64,000 nt of DNA, from the IMG/VR virus record IMGVR_UViG_3300025015_000014, positions 32,001 through 96,000 of that record, one strand, 5' to 3'. Source of the stretch: a virus. The notes beneath the pieces were generated by a model. The model saw only the letters and a list, made by a program, of their open reading frames with translations. It had not been told where the DNA came from and made no database searches. This document shows, one piece after another, positions 48,065-58,408 of this stretch (within the stretch, counting starts at the first letter, position 1; each line of letters starts with the position of its first letter). The position numbers and the translations under genes are program-made.

Positions 48065-51000
48065 TCACTCCCAAGAGATCCAATCGGATCCGGTCTCCGT
48101 CTGTGATGCAAGCCGCATCCCCGCGTCGGGATACACGTCTGCCAGCAAACGGGAGTAGTGACACTTGGCTTCTTTCCCGTGGGCCTTCAAGAAACCCGTG
48201 ATCTGTTCGTGATGATCAGCCCGCCGTCTGTGCAAATTAGAGGTGATGTACCCGGCTTCCGAATGCAAGTCATGGCAAGCAGTCATCCCGAGAGAGGCCA
48301 CCTTGACAGGGAAACCGTAGAGGCCATGAGTGCGGGCCATGGCTTCTTTCTCTGTGGCTGCCTTGGACTTCAATTCAGTTTTGGTCTGATCCCCCCCAGC
48401 AGTTATCACAACCTTGTGTCCAAGTTCGGCTCGAAGTTCAGCCAGACGGGCCATCTTACGAACAGCAGCCAGTTTCGGCCCCATCTCCTGGAAAGCGGCA
48501 ACCAGAATCTTGGCTGGAAGGCTTCCGGCCCTTTTGGCATGAGTGGAGATGAACTCAGCCGACCGTTCGTCCTTCAGATAAGCCTTTCGGGCGATCCTGG
48601 TAGCAGCCTTGGTCAACTTGCGGGCAGCAGCTTCACAGTCGCTCTGAATGTACTTGGTGAAACCGTAGAGACCCGAAGCGATCCCGGCAGTCTTGTCCTT
48701 GTCCGATCCCTCTTCTTTCTTCTTCTCACAATTGTCTCTCATCCCCCCCTCGGGGAGCTTCTCACAACCCGCTTGCTTGGTGTACCCCTTGGCAATCTCC
48801 CATGCCTCGGCCCCGGTGTTCCAGGAACGGACTTCGGGTTGCCCCGAAAAATCAATCAACTGAGAAGCCACGGTTTCGGGCACGTTGCTCAGTTGAACAA
48901 CGTCATATTCCGTCGAGTCCGCGAGTTTCTCCCAGTACCGGGCATTCCGTCCGGCTTCAGCATCCGTGGCCCCCAGTAAAGCCCCAGCCTTACTTACGGC
49001 AGCCCAGAGCGTGAGAGCCGAAGCTGTCTTGTGGGCACAGGCTGAGCAGTCTCCATCTCCGTCCGTGTCGGCACTTTTCCCGCAAGCACAGGTGGCTAGC
49101 CGAACGGTGCGGTAGTCCTCGTCATATACCGTGACATTCAATTTGCGCCGAAGGGTAGCGACCACCCTCTTGAAATCGTCCAGTTTCTCCCGTTTCACTT
49201 CGACAGTGAAATCCCAGCCTTCTTCAGTTCCCTGGAGGTTCACAAGATTGAACGCCCGAAGGGCCTGTTTCACTTCTCGTTCGGCTGGATCGCCGGGTTC
49301 TCCCAGTACCCCGAGGGTATAGGTTATCCACTCGGCGGCCTCTTTCTTGAACTTGTCCCCATGCTCCTCGTTCATGTCCTTCCAAGTGGCTGCGTCCTCT
49401 TCGTTCATGTTCTCAGTTGGATCAGCGGGTTTGCCTTCCTCGAAACGACTCTTTTTTTCGTCAACGCCTGCGAGCTTGAGTTCCTGTTGTTGTTTCTCAG
49501 GGAGAGCCTCGATAAACTCGGCTTCCCAGTTGGGGACAACCAAGTTCTGACCCGTAATGTCAATGACGTGGTTGGGACTGACCTTCTTTCCCACATTGTC
49601 CCGGACCCAATCCTTGAGGTCCAGCTTCGCCGATCCCCCTGAGAAACGAGCCTTGATCTTCGACCCGTGCTTCTTGGGGTCTCCGATGGTCACAATGAAG
49701 CCCCCGGCAGAATCCTTCGAGATGACCCACATCCAATCGGTCACCTGCTTCTTAGCGGGCTTGGCCGCCAACTTGGTCAGGTCGGCCAGAACCGTATCCT
49801 CAGCCGCGTGTTTGGCAACTTCCTTGATCAGGTCAATAGACGACACACCCATGAAGGTTCCATCCTCGTCATCGAACTGAACATAGATGAGTCCCCCACC
49901 TGGTCCAGGCAGAGAGGTTCGTTTTCCACCAGGAAATGCAATGGGGGTTACGGTACCAGAAGTGCCATTCGCAGGCAAGCCCCCCTTATAGAAGGCACGG
50001 GAAACCGGGTTGGCATGAATAGTCACTCGGGTTCCAGCAGAAACCGTGAGACTGACTTTGGCTTCCTTGGCCGCCCGCCGTTCCTGAGACTTGGCCTGGG
50101 ATAGGGGCTTGGGTTTGAAAGACAGATCCCGTTCTACGAGAGGGAGCCGTCCGCCCATTCCCTTGAGACTCTGAAGTTCCCGGAAACTGATGTACCCGAG
50201 TTCGCCCATTCCAGGATGCAGTTCAGCCCAACCGAACATTTCATCTTGGCCATCCAACTCCGTGATGAGCCACAGCCCTCCGGAGTAGGGCGAGAAGAAC
50301 TTGACCCAGGCTATCGGGTCTGAATCCTCGGCTGTGCTCCCAATGGCCGGGATCTTGGCCTTGAGTGCCGAGGGCATGAGTTTCTGTGGGGCGGCTGTCT
50401 TGTCCTCGTCTTTGGCTATCTGTTCCAGGGCCAAAATGACCCCATCCTCAGAGGCTTCCTTGGCTTCAGCCCCCTCCTCTTTCTTCTTCTCACAGTTGTC
50501 TCGCATCCCCCCCTCAGGGAGTTTCTCACACCCTGCTGTCTTGCCGCCCTCATCATCCATGATGGCCCCAAGCATCTTCATGAAATCGGCGGGAGCAACC
50601 CCCTTCATGCGTTCCTTGGTTTCAGGCTTGGCCTTGGACAAAAACCGTTGCATGAGAACCTGGGGACTGACCTTGGCACCGGATGAAGGCTTGTCCTTCT
50701 TGAATGCCCGAACCTCATCAGCATCGGCATCCTCAAGATCATGCTTGTCCATTACGTCCTTGACCTTGGGATGGTAGTTTTTCTTCCGTTTGGGCTGGTT
50801 CACTGGCCCCGTTCCCTCGACCTTGGCTTCCCACGCATCCCGATCAAGAGGTTTCTCTTTCTTCTTCTTTTTCTTCTCCACATAGTCTTGGTAGGTCGGG
50901 GCAGCTTCTTTGTCAGTGGCTGAACGAGGGAAATCCCCGGCGGTCTTGAACTTGTCTTCGTACTTATCCGTGTTGGCTTCCCATTCCTTGCACTCAGACT

Positions 51001-53353
51001 CATCCAGGTTATCAGGACAACCCTCAGCCATCTGCTCCAGCGTGGAGAGGATATCATCCTCAACGGCAACCTTCTCCGACTTGTGTGCCCTCTCCATCAA
51101 AGCAATGGCTTTTTCAACCACCTTACCCCCCTTGTTATCATAGAGCCGGTGACTTCTACCTGACTGCCCAGGAAAGTCCTGACCCTTGCCGCGGTCAAAG
51201 TCCATTTTCCCATCGGGGGTTTCGAGAACGAACTCACCAAACCCGAGATGCTTCAGTTCTGCTCCGGGATAGACATATTGAACCTGGTTGATGAACACCG
51301 TGTCCCCATACCAGTATTTCCCGTCGAAGTGGTGTGCTGCCGTCTTGAACTTGTCCTCGTATTTGTCCGTGTTGGCTTCCCATTCCTTGCACTCGGATTC
51401 ATCCAGGTTGTCTGGACAACCCTCAGCCATCTGCTCCAGCGTGGAGAGGACATCATCCTCGAAAGTAGTTGACGTGGCTGCACGACCTTGACCCCGTGTG
51501 GCTTCCTCGTGGTCTTCCTTGTACCGTTCTGCTTCGGATAAGGAATCACGACGTTTCTTTTCCTTGGGCTTACTATCCTGGCTCTTCTGTTGTTCCCTTT
51601 TGGCGTAGGTGTCCTCATCCTCTTTGGTGTGCTCTTCGAGTTGCTTCTTTGTTTTGGTGTGCTCTTTCTCGTGGTCCGCCTTACCTTTCTCAGCCCGGTC
51701 CTTGGGATCCACCTCCCAGGACCGAGTGCCTCCAAAGCCATCCGACTCTTCTTCGGTTCGTTTTTTACCTTTGGAAGGATCTTTTTCGATCTCTTTCAGG
51801 GTTTTGCCGTGTTCTTCGGCCCTGGTCTTGTGATGCTCAACCTTCTCCTCAAGCTCCTTCTTCCGTTTCCGGTACTGCTTTCGATGAGAGTCCAAAGCGT
51901 CCTCTTCCTCGGTTCGTTTGGGCTTGTCCTCTGCTTTGGATTCTTCTTTGGGCTTGTCCTCTGCTTTGGCTTTGTCGATCAAGGACTGTGGCGGCCTTTC
52001 CGATTTCGGGTGCTTCTTCTTGTAGGACTCCCATAAAGTTTTGAGAGAAGCCACAATCACGTTGGCTTCATCTTCATCGGATTCATCCAGGTTGTCTGGA
52101 CAACCCTCAGCCATCTGAGTCAAGACAGCCAGGGCTTCATCCTCAGCGGCAAACAAAGGCATGTGTGTCACCTGTTTCCCGTCCTTCTCAGCCAGGACAA
52201 CAGTGACTTCATGGGGCTTCTTGGCTTTGAACTGTTTGGCTGCAATCTGTTGAGCTTCGAGAGAGGTCTTGGCCGTTACTTCGATCTGTTTGCCCTTGTA
52301 GAAAGCAACATAGCCGTTCAGGCTCGCCGTCTTACCTTCCTCTTTCTTCTCTTCGCAGTTGTCCCGCATTGGCCCCTCGGGCAACTTCTCACATCCGGCG
52401 GCTTTGAACTGGTCCTTGTGCTCCTCGGTCTGCTTCTTCCACTCGGCACAATCCTCGTCACTCATGTTCTCACAAGGGTCGGCGGGCTTGCCCTCCTCGA
52501 ACCGACCCTGGATTTCATCTCCTGGAAGGGCTGATGTCATTTCGGTTGGGGGTGCTTCTTTGTTCAGCATCTGCCCGAGAGAGGCGACAACCGCCTCGGC
52601 TTCAGTCATGGAAGCCCCCTTGGTGTGAAACGTGGTGAATGGACCCTTCACAGTAAGGTTCACCGCAGGCCCGACACCTGTAGAAACCGTTTCTACTGTG
52701 CTCTTGAAAGTCGGCTGACGGCTTTCAATCACCCTGGCTGCCATTTCCCATCCTTGAACAACGTGTTGCAGATCTTCCGGATCTCGGCCAGGTGCAAGAT
52801 ACTGAAGTAGGATCTCATTCCCATAAGCATTCACCTTGTAGGGAGGAAGATTGGCCCAAGGAACATGGGATTTCTTGGCCAAAGAACCCAACAGACGGAG
52901 CACCTCTGCCCCGTCTGACGTGAAAAAAAGCGGGGCGGCCGTATGCGCCATCCCTTGAAGGTCTGCCAACACGGAGTCGATAGACCCCTTCTTTACAGTT
53001 TGCGGATCCCGGTGTGTAGACAATCTCTCAACCCTCCAACCCTTGGACTTGCCATATTTCTGAAGAGCCGCCAGCACGGACTTATCTGTTCCCTTGGGAA
53101 AGGCCAGATACACAATGGTTTCCCGAGTCATCCCAGCCTGTTCTTGGCCATGAGTCAAAGGGGCACTGTGCTTGTTCCCCAGGAAACGTATCGCCTGCTC
53201 ATCCTCGTGGGTTTGTCCGTCATCGTCCTTGAACGTGATGGGGAGATGCTCAATGTCATCCCAGGTGTCCTTATTGAAAGGGGTCTTGTTCCCCACGAAA
53301 GAGAAATAGCCTCGGTCCACCGTCATGGACCAACCTGCTGTCTTGCTACCCAT
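48065..53353 (-). CDS. 1762-aa modular repeat protein (probable internal head polyprotein) including a DUF2958-like domain
   Basis: Repeats GCEKLPEGxMRDNCE (3x), EGCPDNLDES (3x) and RFEEGKPADP (2x); DUF2958-like VKFFSPYS..WLITE...MFG...ELGYISFREL...VERDL. Confidence 0.85.
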   Translation of the reverse strand: MGSKTAGWSMTVDRGYFSFVGNKTPFNKDTWDDIEHLPITFKDDDGQTHEDEQAIRFLGNKHSAPLTHGQEQAGMTRETIVYLAFPKGTDKSVLAALQKYGKSKGWRVERLSTHRDPQTVKKGSIDSVLADLQGMAHTAAPLFFTSDGAEVLRLLGSLAKKSHVPWANLPPYKVNAYGNEILLQYLAPGRDPEDLQHVVQGWEMAARVIESRQPTFKSTVETVSTGVGPAVNLTVKGPFTTFHTKGASMTEAEAVVASLGQMLNKEAPPTEMTSALPGDEIQGRFEEGKPADPCENMSDEDCAEWKKQTEEHKDQFKAAGCEKLPEGPMRDNCEEKKEEGKTASLNGYVAFYKGKQIEVTAKTSLEAQQIAAKQFKAKKPHEVTVVLAEKDGKQVTHMPLFAAEDEALAVLTQMAEGCPDNLDESDEDEANVIVASLKTLWESYKKKHPKSERPPQSLIDKAKAEDKPKEESKAEDKPKRTEEEDALDSHRKQYRKRKKELEEKVEHHKTRAEEHGKTLKEIEKDPSKGKKRTEEESDGFGGTRSWEVDPKDRAEKGKADHEKEHTKTKKQLEEHTKEDEDTYAKREQQKSQDSKPKEKKRRDSLSEAERYKEDHEEATRGQGRAATSTTFEDDVLSTLEQMAEGCPDNLDESECKEWEANTDKYEDKFKTAAHHFDGKYWYGDTVFINQVQYVYPGAELKHLGFGEFVLETPDGKMDFDRGKGQDFPGQSGRSHRLYDNKGGKVVEKAIALMERAHKSEKVAVEDDILSTLEQMAEGCPDNLDESECKEWEANTDKYEDKFKTAGDFPRSATDKEAAPTYQDYVEKKKKKKEKPLDRDAWEAKVEGTGPVNQPKRKKNYHPKVKDVMDKHDLEDADADEVRAFKKDKPSSGAKVSPQVLMQRFLSKAKPETKERMKGVAPADFMKMLGAIMDDEGGKTAGCEKLPEGGMRDNCEKKKEEGAEAKEASEDGVILALEQIAKDEDKTAAPQKLMPSALKAKIPAIGSTAEDSDPIAWVKFFSPYSGGLWLITELDGQDEMFGWAELHPGMGELGYISFRELQSLKGMGGRLPLVERDLSFKPKPLSQAKSQERRAAKEAKVSLTVSAGTRVTIHANPVSRAFYKGGLPANGTSGTVTPIAFPGGKRTSLPGPGGGLIYVQFDDEDGTFMGVSSIDLIKEVAKHAAEDTVLADLTKLAAKPAKKQVTDWMWVISKDSAGGFIVTIGDPKKHGSKIKARFSGGSAKLDLKDWVRDNVGKKVSPNHVIDITGQNLVVPNWEAEFIEALPEKQQQELKLAGVDEKKSRFEEGKPADPTENMNEEDAATWKDMNEEHGDKFKKEAAEWITYTLGVLGEPGDPAEREVKQALRAFNLVNLQGTEEGWDFTVEVKREKLDDFKRVVATLRRKLNVTVYDEDYRTVRLATCACGKSADTDGDGDCSACAHKTASALTLWAAVSKAGALLGATDAEAGRNARYWEKLADSTEYDVVQLSNVPETVASQLIDFSGQPEVRSWNTGAEAWEIAKGYTKQAGCEKLPEGGMRDNCEKKKEEGSDKDKTAGIASGLYGFTKYIQSDCEAAARKLTKAATRIARKAYLKDERSAEFISTHAKRAGSLPAKILVAAFQEMGPKLAAVRKMARLAELRAELGHKVVITAGGDQTKTELKSKAATEKEAMARTHGLYGFPVKVASLGMTACHDLHSEAGYITSNLHRRRADHHEQITGFLKAHGKEAKCHYSRLLADVYPDAGMRLASQTETGSDWISWE

Positions 53354-54947
53354 TAGGCACCCCCAACAAAACCAGATACTGTGCGGCTACCCGCCGGGCC
53401 AAAGAGTCTGGAGAGGCTCCTGCATACTTGCCCTTCCCCACCTCATCAATCAAATCGTTGCGAGCAGCCCGTGCCCCCGCAAATTGGTCCGTGAGGTGCC
53501 CCGCCGGTTGCCCGTCCACAACTGCCCGCAAGTAAGCCCGATAGTGCAGATCCGATTGGGCAGTTCCCTTATTGCGGTCTAGGAGATTCTGGGCCACACC
53601 CTTCCAGTTCAAATCGGCGAGGTGTCTGAGAGCCACTCGTTGGGCAGTTCGCACGGCTTCGGGTTTGATTCCGTACTGCTTACACAGGAATAGATACTCC
53701 TTTGCGGCATCCGGCCAAAGATCCACAGCAAGTCCCCACTGGTTGAAATCCATCCGGTCGAGCAGTTTCTCAATCTGGCCTGCCCTAGCTTTCTGGCTCG
53801 GAGAACCATCATGGTGCATCAACCAAAAGGTGTAGGCCCCATAGAGTTTTCCGGCCTTGGGGTTCCTCTTGAAGTCCTCTGCGGAGGGGGGACGATGCCA
53901 ATCCGTCGTGGCCAACCGGGGATTGTCCGGTCGTTGGGGTTGCCCTTGTTCCTGAAGAAGTTTGTTCTGGAGTCGTTTCATCACGTCTGAACCACCGGCC
54001 AGGGGTTGATCATACCCGTGGTCTACTTCATGGGGATAGATAGGCTTTCCATTGGGATTGCCTGAGTAAGTCGCAACCTTCCTCACCAGGATATCCATAG
54101 CCCAATGACGACCGCCCCATGCCTGATCTTTTGTCTTTCCGGCCATGAACTGAATCTTAGCTCCCCGGTCTAGTTCTCGGGGTGTGGAAGAGGTCATGTA
54201 TTCTTCGCCGTCAATCTCGACCGTGTAGTAGCCCAAAGCAGGCGTCCCGATAGACCTAGGGACCCGTGTCACAGTCCCGACCTGTTTCGTTGTGTGTTCG
54301 GAAGCCACTACCTGTTTCCCTTCTGGGGTAATCTCTCGCATGACTGCCAGAGCGGTTCGACGAACCAGATAGTCCCCCCGATTCTCCGACCACTTCTTGT
54401 AGAACTCCTCTTTGGGAACCACCCGTACTGTTTGACTAGGGTCCGGGATGTTGGGATCTGCAACCCAAACAGTGTGTTCCTGGTCCACATCGAAAATGAC
54501 CGAAGCATGGGACCAAGGGCGTCCTTCCGGATTCCAAGCAATCATCACAGGAATACCCTGATCGGTCCATGTCTTGACTTGTTCCAGGGTGGCTGGGCAA
54601 ATGAGATGCACCCGCATCCCAAAGTGTTGAGCAGAGGCTATGGCATCTTCCCAGGAAGCCCCAGCCATGGGTCTCGCACCCATCACACGATTGACCTCGT
54701 CCTCCGTTGTCTGCAAGCCGTTGGCCTTTAGACACATGGTCATGGAAGTGCTCATGCAAGAAAATTGAGTCCGTTGCCGGATGGGTTCTACGTTGGCTCG
54801 TGCGGTCTTGGGCCGCTTAGACCAGGCTTCATTGACCATTCGGGGAACCCCCATCTGCTTGATCCGGGCTACCACCTCGGAGAGTCCAGCGACCTCCAGA
54901 GCTTGGAGCAAGGCACTGAGCACTTCGGGGGCATTGTAACGATTCAC
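53346..54947 (-). CDS. Modular protein with a C39-like cysteine peptidase domain
   Basis: RQRTQFSCMSTS...IPVM...HASVI...VADP; two RVAxR tags at the C-terminus. Confidence 0.8.
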   Translation of the reverse strand: MNRYNAPEVLSALLQALEVAGLSEVVARIKQMGVPRMVNEAWSKRPKTARANVEPIRQRTQFSCMSTSMTMCLKANGLQTTEDEVNRVMGARPMAGASWEDAIASAQHFGMRVHLICPATLEQVKTWTDQGIPVMIAWNPEGRPWSHASVIFDVDQEHTVWVADPNIPDPSQTVRVVPKEEFYKKWSENRGDYLVRRTALAVMREITPEGKQVVASEHTTKQVGTVTRVPRSIGTPALGYYTVEIDGEEYMTSSTPRELDRGAKIQFMAGKTKDQAWGGRHWAMDILVRKVATYSGNPNGKPIYPHEVDHGYDQPLAGGSDVMKRLQNKLLQEQGQPQRPDNPRLATTDWHRPPSAEDFKRNPKAGKLYGAYTFWLMHHDGSPSQKARAGQIEKLLDRMDFNQWGLAVDLWPDAAKEYLFLCKQYGIKPEAVRTAQRVALRHLADLNWKGVAQNLLDRNKGTAQSDLHYRAYLRAVVDGQPAGHLTDQFAGARAARNDLIDEVGKGKYAGASPDSLARRVAAQYLVLLGVPNG

Positions 54948-56942
54948 CTAGTCCCACCATAGCCGGAGTTCCCCGTTGGCTACGATATCAGCCTCATCTG
55001 CCATCAGCTTACGGCTTGCTTTCTGGATGAAGGCCAACACTTCTGGCGGCCCCTCCAAGTAGACCACCACACTATGTTCTCGTCCCGGCTGGAACTTGAC
55101 CTGGTTGATGCCGGGAACCTTGGTCAGAAGATTGCCGATCCTCTTGACACTGAACTCGTTATAACCAGGTGCCGCAGCCGTCATGGCTGCTATCCATTGG
55201 GGTAACATCATCCAGACTGGAGACCGATAGACCAATCTCCGGATTTCCATGGCCTCATAATCCGGGCGAGATCGTCCTGGGTTGGCATCAGCATAGGCGT
55301 CAATCAAGTCCTGGAGAGGACTGGCCGTTCTCAGTTTGGATGTCCATCTAGCGGCGACTCGTTGGGCCAGGGTCTTCATTGCATTCTCCTTGTTGGCTGC
55401 CCTACTCCAAGAACCGAGATCCTCATAGGCGTCCGGAAACTCCCGGAGGGCCTCTTTCTTGACTGCTTCGGCCTTGGCTTTGAGTCCTGCGACTCGCAGC
55501 AAGGTCACGATGAAGGCGGCAATGTCTGGAACGATGTTCCATTGGAATTCGCTGGTCACATCTGTGACCAAGCCCTCGGGTATGGGGGTGGCCGGGTCCG
55601 CATATAACGCACTGAGACTATGCCAGTTGGCATCATCAGCAATCAAGTAGCCAAATGTCTCAGCCGCAATTGGAGTCCCCCCGATTAGCCGGAAAGCCTT
55701 CTCGGCTGCGCCCTTGATTTTGGGGGTGATCGAATCCTCAAACATCTGACTCTTGTTCTTCAGTTTGCCTGCCGGAACAGGTGGCCCCGCCTGAGCGATC
55801 TCTTGAGCAAGAGCCTTGTCAAAGAGGGTCTCTACTCTGGCCGCCAGATTGGGCATCCGACCCCGACGTAAAAGAGCAAGAGAGATAGCCGCTGCCCGAA
55901 CTTTCCCTTCTGGGGTGATCCCAACCCGATGTGCCACCGAATAAGCCAACTTCTGGCCCCACATTGGCTCCAGGGATGGTCCCCCGTGTTCAAACATGTT
56001 CCAAAGAGCCTGAGCCAGAGATGTGTCACGGAACTCTTGAAACAGGTTGTATATGAAGCCGGTGATGTAGGGCTTGGGATCCTTGTCTATGGACATGGCC
56101 GCAGGGGATTGAGCCTGGGTTTTGAAAGCTCGAAGCAAAGCATCTACCGTCTTCTCCCAACCTGATAAGTAGCCGGGATCAATGGTGGCCTGCTTGATTC
56201 GAGAAGCCGACATGGACATCTGCTTGTTTGTCTCCCAATCTTCGAACCGGATGGCGGGATGCCCCTTGATCGTACCCCGAGTAGCCCAGGTGAAATCCTT
56301 GGTGTTCTTGCGGGGATCCAAGGTGGGATACTTCGCCTTGGCAGCAGCCAGGTTCTCGAAAACCTCACTGTGTTGCCCTTTAGTCACCACTTGAACAGGC
56401 ATCTGTTCATCCCAGCCCTTCCACTCGGCTTTCTTCTGTACGTCTGGACCCTTGTCATTCAGAATGAGCTTGCTCAAGGCATCCTCGTCATAGCCGGGGG
56501 TTGTCAACAACCCCCGGAGGGCCTCGGCGACCTCTTGGGACTGGACGAATATGTTGGGCTTTCGTTCGCGGGCATCTGTCCCAGAAACGGTGAACCCTGA
56601 CTTGCCTCTGTAAATGCCTTTTCTGACCTGTATCCGCCCTGCGGCCCTTCGGCTCCGCCAACCTGGGTCTACCACGTCGGCCAGGGAAGCACAGAAAGCT
56701 CCCGTGTCATCCACCTTGCCTTCCATCTGTTTGATACACTTCGTGACCTTGTGTTTGGCATCCCCTGTGAGTGACCCCCAGAACTTCTTGACCGAATCCT
56801 GAGTCCAACCTTTCGGCAGCGTTTTCCATTTGGCAGCTTCCCGAAGCACCCCATTCAAGGCTGCTCGTAGGGTCGGGGTTTCACTGGCCAGTCGGAGAAA
56901 CGTCCGATCCATAGGGGCTCGGGGAACAAAGGGGGTGGTCAT
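54948..56942 (-). CDS. 664-aa modular protein with tags
   Basis: FLRLASETPTLRAAL...REAA, TLAQRVAARWTSKLRTA; modules end at RRAA, KKA, IKQA, SRAA. Confidence 0.75.
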   Translation of the reverse strand: MTTPFVPRAPMDRTFLRLASETPTLRAALNGVLREAAKWKTLPKGWTQDSVKKFWGSLTGDAKHKVTKCIKQMEGKVDDTGAFCASLADVVDPGWRSRRAAGRIQVRKGIYRGKSGFTVSGTDARERKPNIFVQSQEVAEALRGLLTTPGYDEDALSKLILNDKGPDVQKKAEWKGWDEQMPVQVVTKGQHSEVFENLAAAKAKYPTLDPRKNTKDFTWATRGTIKGHPAIRFEDWETNKQMSMSASRIKQATIDPGYLSGWEKTVDALLRAFKTQAQSPAAMSIDKDPKPYITGFIYNLFQEFRDTSLAQALWNMFEHGGPSLEPMWGQKLAYSVAHRVGITPEGKVRAAAISLALLRRGRMPNLAARVETLFDKALAQEIAQAGPPVPAGKLKNKSQMFEDSITPKIKGAAEKAFRLIGGTPIAAETFGYLIADDANWHSLSALYADPATPIPEGLVTDVTSEFQWNIVPDIAAFIVTLLRVAGLKAKAEAVKKEALREFPDAYEDLGSWSRAANKENAMKTLAQRVAARWTSKLRTASPLQDLIDAYADANPGRSRPDYEAMEIRRLVYRSPVWMMLPQWIAAMTAAAPGYNEFSVKRIGNLLTKVPGINQVKFQPGREHSVVVYLEGPPEVLAFIQKASRKLMADEADIVANGELRLWWD

Positions 56943-57063
56943 TTGAGGATCTCCAAAATCCGGAAGCTGGCCGGATCTCTCTATCGGGGGGATAAGATAG
57001 ACTCATTACCGGCTGGTTTGAACGGTAGGATCAGAGGGGTCAGAGAGACCCGGTGGACGGACG

Positions 57064-57354
57064 ATGCACTATCAGGTTTTTGTGAACCATCTGGCGAGAC
57101 TCTCAGGCCACCATGAGGATACAGTAGCCTCAATTCTGTTTCATCTCTCGGATGCCCTGCTGATCCTTCAGAATGGAGATTCACTCAGAACTCGGTTGGG
57201 GGTTTTCCGTGCCGTAGTCCACAAGGGGAAACGGGTGGTTCCCCCCAGAGGTGGAGACCCTATGCAAACATCACCCACGTTGCTTGTGAAACTACGATCC
57301 GGGAAACGGCTGCGGCGACCAGTTCAGGAGAGGAAATCTGAATCCCCCGCATGA
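57064..57354 (+). CDS. HU/IHF-like DNA-binding protein
   Basis: Two N-terminal helices, then LGVFRAV..KGKRVVPPRGGDPM...VKLRSGKRLR arm pattern. Confidence 0.7.
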   Translation: MHYQVFVNHLARLSGHHEDTVASILFHLSDALLILQNGDSLRTRLGVFRAVVHKGKRVVPPRGGDPMQTSPTLLVKLRSGKRLRRPVQERKSESPA

Positions 57355-57575
57355 GCATTGGGTGGATAGGCCCCTACATCTAACCCCAAGTCCACGCCAT
57401 CTACCAACCCCTTGCCATAACCGGCCTGAAGGCCCATGTGGTAGCCAAGCCGGAGGGCTTCATTTGGGGATCGTGGGACATTGACTTCTGGGGCAGGCAG
57501 GCCACGAAGCGCACGGAAACGATACCAAAGCCTTTGGCGACTGTGTTCGAGGAGACTATGAAGGGTTTCAAGCAT
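57324..57575 (-). CDS. Hypothetical protein
   Basis: GYHMGLQAGYGKGLVDG GxxxG repeat. Confidence 0.5.
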   Translation of the reverse strand: MLETLHSLLEHSRQRLWYRFRALRGLPAPEVNVPRSPNEALRLGYHMGLQAGYGKGLVDGVDLGLDVGAYPPNAHAGDSDFLS

Positions 57576-57613
57576 CCCATCCTAAGATACCCGATTCGAG
57601 ACCAGAAGCAAGA

Positions 57614-58045
57614 CTAGCTTGGTTTCCCAACCATAACCAGAATCTCTCGGGCCACGTCAAGCCCAATTTTTCCGGTCGTGTCGAGCATGACTTGACGAGA
57701 ACATTGAGCAAGCTCAAGCTCAATTTGGGCACGGGTTGTGGCATCCCCTTGTTGGTACCCCTGTAGATAGGTCGGATCATGGGTTAGCTTGGCCATGATT
57801 CCGGCATAGACTTCTCGCCGGAGGGCTTCTACCAAAAGAGCATGGGCAATATGCCGAACACCACCCCCGGCAAGCTGTCCTGCTAGTTGGGCATCTTCGG
57901 GTGTTTGGAAGTCATGGGTAGACCAAACCTTGCCCCCCTGGTTGACTAGGACGCCAACCAGGAGCTTGAAAAGTCGATACCCGTCATGTTCCCCTGTTTC
58001 CTTGAAGAGCAGGTTCAGAGGGTCACTTGCCACGGATTGCCTCAC
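57614..58045 (-). CDS. Hypothetical protein
   Basis: ORF on the coding strand; exact start uncertain. Confidence 0.5.
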   Translation of the reverse strand: MRQSVASDPLNLLFKETGEHDGYRLFKLLVGVLVNQGGKVWSTHDFQTPEDAQLAGQLAGGGVRHIAHALLVEALRREVYAGIMAKLTHDPTYLQGYQQGDATTRAQIELELAQCSRQVMLDTTGKIGLDVAREILVMVGKPS

Positions 58046-58385
58046 AAGCAGAACACCAATGCGAAGTCTTGTCCTGAATACCCCAGGCAGTCAAGGGGAT
58101 TTGAACATCCCAACCCAGGTTTGGGTTGCCACACAGAGCCTGAGTACCTGCGGGTAGCCCCCCCAAGTTGGGTTCCTCTTCGGGCGCAAGTTCCCGTAGG
58201 TGGTAATGCCAAGTGGATGTCCGGGTCTCGGCAATCACCAGTCGCTTGCTTTCTCGAACCATGCGGGCCGCCTTTGCTTTGAGTTCCTTGCCCCCCCAGA
58301 TGCAGAGTTGACCTGCCCCGTAGAAAGGCAGGAACACCAGGAGTCCAACCAAGAGAGCCGACATGGAGATGTAAAACACCGTCAT
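58023..58385 (-). CDS. Membrane-anchored zinc-finger-like hypothetical protein
   Basis: N-terminal TM segment; WHYH...ALCG...CSAC. Confidence 0.55.
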   Translation of the reverse strand: MTVFYISMSALLVGLLVFLPFYGAGQLCIWGGKELKAKAARMVRESKRLVIAETRTSTWHYHLRELAPEEEPNLGGLPAGTQALCGNPNLGWDVQIPLTAWGIQDKTSHWCSACEAIRGK

Positions 58386-58408
58386 GCTTCTACTACGGGT
58401 CTCCCGAC

